The position numbers and the translations under genes were made by a program. Below, piece by piece: positions 56,461 through 63,998 of a DNA stretch of 64,000 nt (position 1 is its first letter; each line of letters begins with the position of its first letter). The stretch comes from an uncultured Anaerolineaceae bacterium (GTDB lineage: Bacteria > Chloroflexota > Anaerolineae > Anaerolineales > E44-bin32), in contig CAYYVY010000001.1 in assembly GCA_964475265.1 (NCBI GenBank), positions 21,390 through 85,389 of the forward strand, written 5' to 3'. The notes beneath the pieces were generated by a model that saw only the letters and a list, made by a program, of their open reading frames with translations, was not told the origin of the DNA and ran no database searches.

Positions 56461-57649
56461 GCCGGGCGGGACGCGCCATCACGAAATGGCGCGCTATCTG
56501 GCTTCGCAGGGGCATCGTGTGACGGTGATCACGGGCCAGGTTAACTACCTCACCGGTGAGCGCACCGCAGAAGGATGGATGCAGCGGGAAACAGACGACT
56601 GCGGCGTGGTGATCAATCGCTGCTATACCTATGCGGCCTGGCATCGCTCATTTTTTCATCGCGTCCTGAGTTTCGTCAGTTTTGCCTTCTCGTCGTTTTT
56701 CGTCGGATTGAGTGTCCGTGAAGTCGACCTGGTCTGGGGCACCTCGCCGCCCATCTTTCAAGGGCTAACGGCGTGGGCATTGGCGCGATTGAAGCGGATA
56801 CCATTTCTCTTCGAGGTGCGCGATCTGTGGCCGTATTTCGCCATTGCGGTCGGTGTACTGCGCAATCGATTGCTGATTTTGCTGGCGCGTTGGTTTGAGC
56901 GTTTTTTGTATCATGCCGCCGATCGAGTGGTAATTAACTCACCAGGATTTGAACAACACGTCCGGGAACGGGGCGCTGGCGAGGTGGCCCTGGTTCCGAA
57001 CGGGGTTGACGTATCCATGTTTGATCCGGCGGATAAGGGCACGACGTTTCGCCAGGCACATGATCTCGAGGAAAAATTCGTTGTGATGTACGCAGGTGCA
57101 CACGGCATGTCCAACGATCTTGGTATGGTTATCGGAGCAGCCGATCGCTTGCGGGATCAGAAAAATGTGGCTTTTGTGCTGATCGGTGATGGCAAAGAAA
57201 AGAGTGCCTTGATGAGCAAGGCCGCTGCGCTCAAGCTTTCGAATGTATATTTCCTGCCGCCGATGTCGAAGAACAAAATCGCTGAGGCGCTGGTCGCTGC
57301 GGATGCGTGTGTCGCCATATTGAAACCCATTGATGCTTATAAAACCACCTATCCCAATAAGGTCTTCGATTACATGGCCGCCGGACGTCCGATCTTGTTG
57401 GCCATCGACGGCGTGATCCGGTCTGTGGTGGAGAAGGCTGGCGCCGGGATTTTCGTCCGGCCGGGATACCCGCAAGCGTTGGCGGGAGCCGTGAAGGTCC
57501 TCAAATCTGACCCTGATTTGTGCAGGCGCATGGGAAAGGCTGGAAGAAAATGCGCAGAAGAGCGTTTCGATCGCCGGATTTTGGCCGACGAGATGCAGAC
57601 GGTGATGGTGGATGTCTGCCGCGAAGCGAACCAAGCTGAAGGGGAATAG
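56417..57649 (+). CDS. glycosyltransferase family 4, WbuB-like
   Basis: MHILLIHQVFAALGEPGGTRHHEMARYLASQGHRVTVITG is a characteristic WbuB-type N-terminus. It also has YPNKVFDYMAAGRPILLAIDG. It overlaps the previous gene by 44 nt. Confidence 0.8.
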   Translation: MHILLIHQVFAALGEPGGTRHHEMARYLASQGHRVTVITGQVNYLTGERTAEGWMQRETDDCGVVINRCYTYAAWHRSFFHRVLSFVSFAFSSFFVGLSVREVDLVWGTSPPIFQGLTAWALARLKRIPFLFEVRDLWPYFAIAVGVLRNRLLILLARWFERFLYHAADRVVINSPGFEQHVRERGAGEVALVPNGVDVSMFDPADKGTTFRQAHDLEEKFVVMYAGAHGMSNDLGMVIGAADRLRDQKNVAFVLIGDGKEKSALMSKAAALKLSNVYFLPPMSKNKIAEALVAADACVAILKPIDAYKTTYPNKVFDYMAAGRPILLAIDGVIRSVVEKAGAGIFVRPGYPQALAGAVKVLKSDPDLCRRMGKAGRKCAEERFDRRILADEMQTVMVDVCREANQAEGE

Positions 57650-57732
57650 GCCGACTGCTCGGATTGAGTCGCTGTATTGCCGGGTGACCTATGAAAGACG
57701 TCTTTTTGCGAGAAGGAGTGCATTGACCTACG

Positions 57733-58368
57733 ATGAGCGTACCGCTGGTCATTCCTGGAATGCCGTTACGAAAGCGGCTGTTCGATTTGGTCCTGACCAT
57801 TCCCGGGTTGATCGTGATAAGTCCGCTGCTTGCGGTTACAGCTGTGCTCGTTCGAATCCGTTTGGGAACACCGATACTCTTCCGGCAAATGCGGCCGGGA
57901 TACCATGCAGTGCCGTTCGAAATCTATAAATTCCGAACGATGAACGAGGCGTGCGACTCAGAAGGCAATCTACTTCCGGATGAAGCTCGACTCACAAAAT
58001 TGGGACGTTTCCTGCGCTCATCCAGCATCGACGAACTGCCGGAGTTGTTCAACGTTTTACGCGGCGAGATGAGTCTCGTGGGCCCGCGGCCGTTATTATT
58101 GCAGTATCTCGAGCGCTACTCCCCTGAACAAGCGCGGCGCCACGAGGTGCTGCCCGGGATTACCGGATGGGCACAGATCGGGGGGCGCAACGTGATCACC
58201 TGGAATGAAAAATTTGAACGCGATGTTTGGTATGTCGACCATTGGTCGCTGCATCTTGACCTGAAAATCCTGTTCTTGAATTTTTGGAAAGTAATCAAGC
58301 GGGAGGGGATCAGCCAGCTAGGACACGCTACAGCGGAGGAATTCAAGGGGAACCGGGACGGTGAATGA
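57733..58368 (+). CDS. monotopic phosphoglycosyl transferase (bacterial sugar transferase, PglC/WbaP-C-like)
   Basis: RLFDLVLTIPGLIVISPLL re-entrant helix, PILFRQMRPG, FEIYKFRTM, DELPELFNVLRGEMSLVGPRP, PGITGWAQI. Confidence 0.9.
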   Translation: MSVPLVIPGMPLRKRLFDLVLTIPGLIVISPLLAVTAVLVRIRLGTPILFRQMRPGYHAVPFEIYKFRTMNEACDSEGNLLPDEARLTKLGRFLRSSSIDELPELFNVLRGEMSLVGPRPLLLQYLERYSPEQARRHEVLPGITGWAQIGGRNVITWNEKFERDVWYVDHWSLHLDLKILFLNFWKVIKREGISQLGHATAEEFKGNRDGE

Positions 58369-58547
58369 AACGCTGTACCAATAGCAATGTTCTTGCAATG
58401 CATGTGGATTGGCAGTTAGGAAGGCCTGATTGGGGGTTTGTCGAATAGGGCGTACAAAAGTTTGACTTGTAGGGTACACTTAGAGAGGATAAGATAGGGC
58501 CGTGTGCGAACGTTGACGGCACAACCATACTGCAGAGGAGGCGGACA

Positions 58548-58739
58548 GTGAAGGAACCACTTGAGTTTTATGATATCAAGAGTAAATCAAAGTTCACGAG
58601 CGCAAATTGGAGGATCGAATCCAAGGAATCAAAGGGGAAAACGCGGTATTTCGCCGTTGCGAGCGCTCCTGAAGGAGATCACGAGGCCTGGCGAATCGTA
58701 GCCGCTGATTTCGCAAAGAAACATATGCAATCCTGGTAA
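58548..58739 (+). CDS. small basic beta-rich protein (63 aa), unknown function
   Basis: The GTG at 58548 lies 6 nt after GAGGAGG. A strong terminator follows 24 nt downstream. Product: MKEPLEFYDIKSKSKFTSANWRIESKESKGKTRYFAVASAPEGDHEAWRIVAADFAKKHMQSW. Confidence 0.5.
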   Translation: MKEPLEFYDIKSKSKFTSANWRIESKESKGKTRYFAVASAPEGDHEAWRIVAADFAKKHMQSW

Positions 58740-58762
58740 TATTATAGCCAATCGGAAATTTG

Positions 58763-58797
58763 AAGCCGCCCTTTTCAACGGGCGGCTTATTGTTTTT
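58763..58797 (+). terminator. rho-independent terminator
   Basis: AAGCCGCCC (58763-58771) / GGGCGGCTT (58780-58788), followed by ATTGTTTTT. Confidence 0.8.
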
Positions 58798-58812
58798 GCA
58801 ATTTCGGGCTTG

Positions 58813-58821
58813 TGTTATCAT
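58813..58821 (+). promoter_or_regulatory. possible extended -10 promoter for the E1/lipoyl-acyltransferase cassette
   Basis: TGtTATCAT at 58813-58821, just after the terminator and 57 nt before the ATG at 58878. Confidence 0.3.
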
Positions 58822-58877
58822 GTCCCTGTTTCCCGATTTGCCCGGTGAGGGGAAGTGTCGGAAAGAAGTGCATTCGG

Positions 58878-59807
58878 ATGAAGAAGTCTTCCCAAAATGA
58901 CGCAGATCTCTACCGTAAGATGCTGCGCATCCGTCTTTTTGAAGAACGATTGTTGGAAATGTTCCCCAGCGGCCAGATATATGGCACGACTCACACCTAT
59001 ATCGGTCAGGAAGCTAATGCCGTGGGGGTTTTAGCGACGTCGCAGGCGGGCGATGTCGTCGTCAGCAACCATCGCTGTCACGGTCATTTCTTAGCGTACG
59101 GCGGTTCGATGCAGGCATTGGCTGCAGAATTACTTGGCCGCGAGACGGGGATTTGTGGGGGCCGTGGCGGCAGCCAGCACATAAAGTGGGAGAATTTCTT
59201 TGCCAACGGCATTCTCGGTGGAACGGTGCCGATCGCAGTGGGCATGGCATTTGCAGAAGCCGCAAAGAAGGGCAATGCGCTCGTATACACCTTCATCGGT
59301 GACGGAACGCTCGGTGAAGGTGTCGTCTACGAAGCGATCAACATGGCTTCACTCTGGCGTCTGCCGCTGTTTTTTGTCGTCGAAAACAATCGCTACGCGC
59401 AGAGCACCCCCGTGGAACTGAATCTGGCGGGCGATATATGCGCCCGGTTTGAGGCGTTTGGTATTTCGACGTTGGCGCATGAAGCAGACGACGTGCTTGA
59501 AATTATGCGACTCGCTCAAGATATTTCTAACTCGATTCGCGCTGGTGAAGGCCCGCATGCGTTGATTCTGCACACCTATCGATTCGCACCACATTCAAAA
59601 GGGGACGACACACGTGATCCCGACGAAATCGCACGGTATCGGGCGCGCGATCCGTTAAAGGCGGCTGCGGCGCGGGTGCAGCAGGCAGTGAAAGGCGAGA
59701 TTGAGAAATCGGTGGCGGCCGAAGTAGACGAGGCTTATGCGTGTGCCGAAAACGATCCCTTTCCCGCTGCGGAAACCCTTACGCCACCGTTGGATGAGCT
59801 CGCATGA
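58878..59807 (+). CDS. TPP-dependent 2-oxoacid (pyruvate/acetoin-type) dehydrogenase E1 component, alpha subunit
   Basis: LYRKMLRIRLFEERL, HRCHGH, and TPP motif GDGTLGEGVVYEAINMASLWRLPLFFVVENN (GDG-x26-NN). Confidence 0.85.
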   Translation: MKKSSQNDADLYRKMLRIRLFEERLLEMFPSGQIYGTTHTYIGQEANAVGVLATSQAGDVVVSNHRCHGHFLAYGGSMQALAAELLGRETGICGGRGGSQHIKWENFFANGILGGTVPIAVGMAFAEAAKKGNALVYTFIGDGTLGEGVVYEAINMASLWRLPLFFVVENNRYAQSTPVELNLAGDICARFEAFGISTLAHEADDVLEIMRLAQDISNSIRAGEGPHALILHTYRFAPHSKGDDTRDPDEIARYRARDPLKAAAARVQQAVKGEIEKSVAAEVDEAYACAENDPFPAAETLTPPLDELA

Positions 59808-60802
59808 CGACCGTGCGGGAAGCCCTGAACGAATCGCTTCAAGCTTGTCTGCGGGAGTCCCCCGAAGTTTATTTTCTCGGAGAGGACATCCTCGATCCCT
59901 ATGGCGGTGCGTTTAAATTAGCAGCGGGTTTATCAACGCAATTTCCGGACCGCGTGATCACGACGCCGGTGTCGGAAGCGGGCATCGTGGGTGTAGGTAT
60001 CGGTATGGCGTTGCGCGGTCTGCGTCCGGTGGTTGAAATCATGTTCGGGGATTTTGTCACCCTGGCTGCCGATCAATTGATCAATCACGCAGCGAAAATC
60101 CGTTGGATGAGTGGAGATGCAGCCCGGATTCCTTTGGTCGTGCGCACTCCCATGGGAGGCGGCCGTGGCTATGGGCCGACACACAGCCAGACGTTGGAAA
60201 AGCATTTTCTAGGGGCGCCTGGCTTGCGTGTGGTTGCCGTATCCGATTTGGATGATCCCGGCGCGTTGCTGCATCATGCTGTATTCGATGACAATGATCC
60301 GGTGCTGCTGGTGGAACATAAACTGCTCTATCCCAGCACCATCTTGGCCCTGGATAACGCGGAGGCGTACGATATCGAGCGGCAAGGAAATGGATATCCC
60401 GGATATTTCATAAAGTTACGCGGTTCACCGGAAACGCGTCTGACGATGGTGGCCTATGGCTACATGGCGACTCTGGCGCGAGATGCCATGCGCAGCCTGG
60501 CCATAGAGAAGGAAATCTTTTCTGAGCTGATTGTGCCCACCCAGCTCAGCCCATTCAAACTGGATTTCCTGTGCCAGCGTGCATCCCAAACCCGTCATGT
60601 GCTGGTCATCGAAGAAGGAACGCAGACGATGGGATGGGGTGCGGAAGTGTCGGCAGGCTTGCATGAAGCGGTATCCTCGAATTTACGGGTGGGCCGCGTC
60701 GCTGCGTTGGACATGCCCATTCCTGCCGCAGCCCGGATTGAGGCGCAGGTATTGCCCTCGGTTGAGCGGATCAAGGACATGGCCCTGGAGTTGGCTGTTT
60801 GA
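59804..60802 (+). CDS. 2-oxoacid dehydrogenase E1 component, beta subunit
   Basis: ATGA overlap with the alpha subunit. FLGEDILDPYGGAFKLAAGLSTQFPDRVITTPVSEAGIVGVGIGMALRGLRPVVEIMFGDF is a typical E1-beta N-domain. A transketolase-C-like C-domain follows. Confidence 0.85.
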   Translation: MTTVREALNESLQACLRESPEVYFLGEDILDPYGGAFKLAAGLSTQFPDRVITTPVSEAGIVGVGIGMALRGLRPVVEIMFGDFVTLAADQLINHAAKIRWMSGDAARIPLVVRTPMGGGRGYGPTHSQTLEKHFLGAPGLRVVAVSDLDDPGALLHHAVFDDNDPVLLVEHKLLYPSTILALDNAEAYDIERQGNGYPGYFIKLRGSPETRLTMVAYGYMATLARDAMRSLAIEKEIFSELIVPTQLSPFKLDFLCQRASQTRHVLVIEEGTQTMGWGAEVSAGLHEAVSSNLRVGRVAALDMPIPAAARIEAQVLPSVERIKDMALELAV

Positions 60803-60862
60803 TGGATCGACCGAAGAATGCGTACGTCCTCTCTATTTTGATTATTATTGGAGATGCGGGTG

Positions 60863-61966
60863 ATGTCGACTGCATTTGAAGTGCGTGTGCCGCTGTTGAA
60901 CCCCAATGAACGTGAGGCGCAGCTCGCGGCACTGCATGTTTCAGAGGGTAAGTCGATCTCGACGGGCGATTTACTTTGCACCCTGGAGACCACGAAATCG
61001 ACCGCTGATGTGGTTGCCGAGCGGGATGGTTACGTCGTGGGTATCCGTGCGGCCGTCGGCGATCGAGTTGTGGCGGGAGAAGTATTTTGCTGGCTGGCTG
61101 ATGATCTGGAGTGGGAAGCACCTGCTGCGGAAGAAGCGAAATCGAAGCAGGCAGCGGCTGGTCTTGATCTACACATCACCGAGCCGGCGATGGCGTTGGC
61201 CGAGAAATTGGGCGTAGATTTGGACGCCCTGCCGGGCGATGCCTGGATTACCGAGGACGTCGTACGCCGTTATGCGCAGCGTGAAACGCCGCTTGCGATC
61301 CCGAATCTGGAAATTGATTCGAAGTCGATCGTCGTATACGGCGGCGGTGGCCACGCCAAAGCGTTGATCGATTTGATTCGCAAGCTTGGGATGTTCAACA
61401 TCGTGGGAATTTTGGACGATGGTCTTGCAGCAGAAAATCAAGTCATGGGCGTCCCGGTTTTGGGTGGTGCTGAATTGCTCGAAACGCTGAAGGAGCGTGG
61501 GCTTGAGCGCGCCGTAAACGCAGTCGGCGGTATCGGCGACATGCAAAGCCGCGTGAGGGTGTTCGAAAGGCTGCGCCAGGCTGGTTTTGCTTGCCCTGCA
61601 CTGGTTCACCCCACGGCGTTTGTCGAAGAAAGTGCGCAGCTTGCGGAAGGCGTTCAGGTATTTCCACACGCCTACATTGGGAGCGACGTAGAAATCGGCT
61701 TCGGCGTGATCGTAAACACTGCCGCGGTGGTCTCGCACGATTGTCGCCTCGCGGATTACGCCAACGTTGCGCCGGGTGCGTTGTTGGCCGGGGGTGTGGA
61801 AATTGGAGCGCGGGCGTTGATCGGGATGGGCACCACACTCAATTTAAACGTCACGATCGGTGCCGGTGCACGGGTGGGAAACAGTGCGGTGGTCAAGGCC
61901 GATGTGCCTGCGAACGGCATTGTGCGTGCGGGCGCGGTTTGGCCGGAACCGAAACACAATGGATGA
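60863..61966 (+). CDS. lipoyl domain + E3/peripheral-subunit-binding domain fused to a PglD/NeuD-family hexapeptide sugar acyltransferase (no E2 catalytic core)
   Basis: The lipoyl-like motif is GDLLCTLETTKSTADVVAERDGYVVGIRAAVGDRVVAGEVFCWL, with Lys45 at 60995-60997. The linker is A/E/K-rich. The PSBD-like segment is EPAMALAEKLGVDLDALPGDAWITEDVVRRY. IVVYGGGGHAKALIDLIRKLG... then begins the hexapeptide repeats, with VVSHDCRLADY. GGAG lies 9 nt upstream of the ATG at 60863 (other in-frame starts: 60848 TTG, 60854 ATG). Confidence 0.8.
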   Translation: MSTAFEVRVPLLNPNEREAQLAALHVSEGKSISTGDLLCTLETTKSTADVVAERDGYVVGIRAAVGDRVVAGEVFCWLADDLEWEAPAAEEAKSKQAAAGLDLHITEPAMALAEKLGVDLDALPGDAWITEDVVRRYAQRETPLAIPNLEIDSKSIVVYGGGGHAKALIDLIRKLGMFNIVGILDDGLAAENQVMGVPVLGGAELLETLKERGLERAVNAVGGIGDMQSRVRVFERLRQAGFACPALVHPTAFVEESAQLAEGVQVFPHAYIGSDVEIGFGVIVNTAAVVSHDCRLADYANVAPGALLAGGVEIGARALIGMGTTLNLNVTIGAGARVGNSAVVKADVPANGIVRAGAVWPEPKHNG

Positions 61967-61989
61967 TACCCTCATCGAAGTATCTCTGA

Positions 61990-63198
61990 ATGGAGGTTGT
62001 CGGATTGACTGAGGAGCGCGGATCTACGTTTTCGATCGGCATGTCTGCGCCGGACCTGACAGACGCAGAACGCGAAGCGGTGCTGGAGGTACTGCGTACG
62101 CCGCGTTTGAGCATGGGGCTGCAGATCGAAGCGTTCGAAGCGGCTGTGGCGCAATACGTAGGGGCTAAGCACGCCGTCGCCGTCAGTTCTGGAACCGGGG
62201 GATTGCATTTGTGCGTACGCGCCGCAGGCATAACGGACGGCGATTGGGTGATCACCACGTCGTTTTCGTTCATATCTTCGGCCAACGTGATTCTTTACGA
62301 GCGTGCAACACCGGTGTTCGTCGACGTCGATCCACGCACGGGCAACATCGATCCGGCGCAAGTTGCACGCGCTGCGCAGGATCTTTTACGCGGCGGATCG
62401 TCGGCCGCGCACTGGCTGCCGAGGAAGGGCTCGCAGAGCGACGGGCGTCTGAAAGCTATCCTGCCCGTGGATGTTTTCGGTCAGCCGGCTGATTACGATG
62501 CCCTCAACGTAGTCGCCAAGGAGAACGACCTGGTAATCATCGAGGATTCGTGTGAGGCCCTCGGTGCTTGTTACAAGGGTCGTCCGGCGGGGATGTTGGG
62601 GGATGCCGGCGTTTTCGCCTTCTATCCCAACAAACAAATCACAACGGGCGAAGGCGGACTGATCGTTACGCAGGACGAGGCATGGGCGGGTACTTGCCGT
62701 GCACTGCGCAACCAGGGACGCGCCCCGGGTGACACGTGGCTCGAGCATACACACCTGGGCTATAACTACCGTTTGGATGAAATGAGCGCAGCTTTGGGAT
62801 GCGCGCAAATGGATCGGTTGACGCAGTTATTGGAAAAACGCAGCCGTGTGGCTGACTGGTACGGAGAACGCCTGGCAGAAAATTCCGGCGTTGAAGCGCC
62901 GAATCTGAGTCCGAACACCACGCGAGTCAGCTGGTTTGTCTATGTGGTGCGTTTGGCCGCTGACGTCGTGCGGGACAGTCTCGTCGAGCGGTTGGCTGCG
63001 GCAGGTATTCCTTCCCGCCCATATTTCGTCCCCATCCATACACAGCCGTTTTTTGTGGAACGCTTCGATTATCGCGTTGGCGATTTTCCGGTGACGGAGG
63101 ACCTGGGGAGGCGTAGTCTGGCCTTGCCGTTTTCATCGATCATGACGGAGAGGGAAGTTGATCATGTCTGCCGGTCACTGGCCGGGAGCATGAAATAA
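61990..63198 (+). CDS. DegT/DnrJ/EryC1/StrS-family sugar aminotransferase
   Basis: FEAAVAQYVGAKHAVAVSSGTGGLHL, IEDSCEALGA, and PLP-lysine context FAFYPNKQITTGEGG. The start is uncertain (61990 or 62041). Confidence 0.85.
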   Translation: MEVVGLTEERGSTFSIGMSAPDLTDAEREAVLEVLRTPRLSMGLQIEAFEAAVAQYVGAKHAVAVSSGTGGLHLCVRAAGITDGDWVITTSFSFISSANVILYERATPVFVDVDPRTGNIDPAQVARAAQDLLRGGSSAAHWLPRKGSQSDGRLKAILPVDVFGQPADYDALNVVAKENDLVIIEDSCEALGACYKGRPAGMLGDAGVFAFYPNKQITTGEGGLIVTQDEAWAGTCRALRNQGRAPGDTWLEHTHLGYNYRLDEMSAALGCAQMDRLTQLLEKRSRVADWYGERLAENSGVEAPNLSPNTTRVSWFVYVVRLAADVVRDSLVERLAAAGIPSRPYFVPIHTQPFFVERFDYRVGDFPVTEDLGRRSLALPFSSIMTEREVDHVCRSLAGSMK

Positions 63199-63241
63199 TC
63201 GTCTGCGTGGTTAGCTGGCAGGTCATCTGAATCACAAACAA

Positions 63242-63276
63242 CAGCCCCCTGATCAGTAAGCCGGATCAGGGGGCTG
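63242..63276. terminator. strong hairpin between convergent genes (probable terminator)
   Basis: CAGCCCCCTGATC (63242-63254) / GATCAGGGGGCTG (63264-63276) is a perfect 13-bp stem. The T-run on the plus side is weak (GATTTCTTT). Confidence 0.55.
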
Positions 63277-63299
63277 GATTTCTTTACTCAGCATGCGGC

Positions 63300-63998
63300 T
63301 TATCGAACCTGACGCCAATTGACCAGGATCAGGTTCTCGCTGCAAGAGTCGCTTGTATCGAAGTACACTTGTTCGGAAATCGGGTTGCCGTCCCCGTCTT
63401 CCAACTGGATCCACAACGTGCCGCTGCTGGCGATCGGCTCTGTAGCCACGTTGAAGAGGTAACCCCCGGGTCCGGCGTCCGGCTCACTTCCGGTTAGTGC
63501 ATAGAGATCGATCTTGCCGACACCCTCGAGTTCCCCGCTAAGGTGCACGGTTAATTCGAGAATCGGTTGACTGCTTTCATCGAATACCTGGCCGAAAACG
63601 CCCAAATAGTCGCATGCCTGTCCGTTGATGAAATTCTCGATTGGCGCCGGGCTGCCGACCTGCAGGACGAAAGGATATTCCGCCTCTTCTTCCGGAGTTT
63701 CCGTGATGGTTGCTGTGGCGGACTCCGGGGCTTCGGTGGGCGAAGGGGTCGTTTCCAGTTCGGTCGTACCGTCCTCAGTGGGAGTCGCGGTCCAGGCTGG
63801 TGGGAGCGTTCTGGCCGGTGTCTGCGTTGGCGTCGGGGATCCCAACGTGGGCGGGATGGTTGGTGGGGGAAAGGGATTGATCGAAAGGTAGGGGTTGACA
63901 AAAACGGCGACCAGCGCAACGCCCACTACCACCGTCGTCAATAGCACAATAACGGTGAGGATATTGAAAACGATGCGCCTGCAGCCCGAGAAGCTCAT
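63300..63998 (-). CDS. membrane-anchored extracytoplasmic protein with Thr/Pro-rich linker, unknown function
   Basis: N-terminal TM helix IVFNILTVIVLLTTVVVGVALVAVFV. A P/T-rich segment follows (PPPTIPPTLGSPTPTQTPARTLPPAWTATPTEDG), then a C-terminal globular domain of about 120 aa. Confidence 0.5.
   Translation of the reverse strand: MSFSGCRRIVFNILTVIVLLTTVVVGVALVAVFVNPYLSINPFPPPTIPPTLGSPTPTQTPARTLPPAWTATPTEDGTTELETTPSPTEAPESATATITETPEEEAEYPFVLQVGSPAPIENFINGQACDYLGVFGQVFDESSQPILELTVHLSGELEGVGKIDLYALTGSEPDAGPGGYLFNVATEPIASSGTLWIQLEDGDGNPISEQVYFDTSDSCSENLILVNWRQVR

Noticed and set aside
56939-57634. 231-aa ORF antisense to the WbuB-like GT4
   Set aside because: It is a shadow ORF of a well-supported glycosyltransferase gene.
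58455-58495. TTGACT ... TAAGAT as a promoter for the 63-aa protein gene
   Set aside because: The spacer would be 22 nt, outside the 16-18 nt range, so it was not called.
63620-63900. Apparent repetitiveness in the Thr/Pro-rich region, and the long overlapping ORFs on both strands there
   Set aside because: This is low-complexity coding sequence of the membrane-anchored protein's linker. It is not a tandem DNA repeat with defined units, and the alternate-frame ORFs are compositional artefacts.
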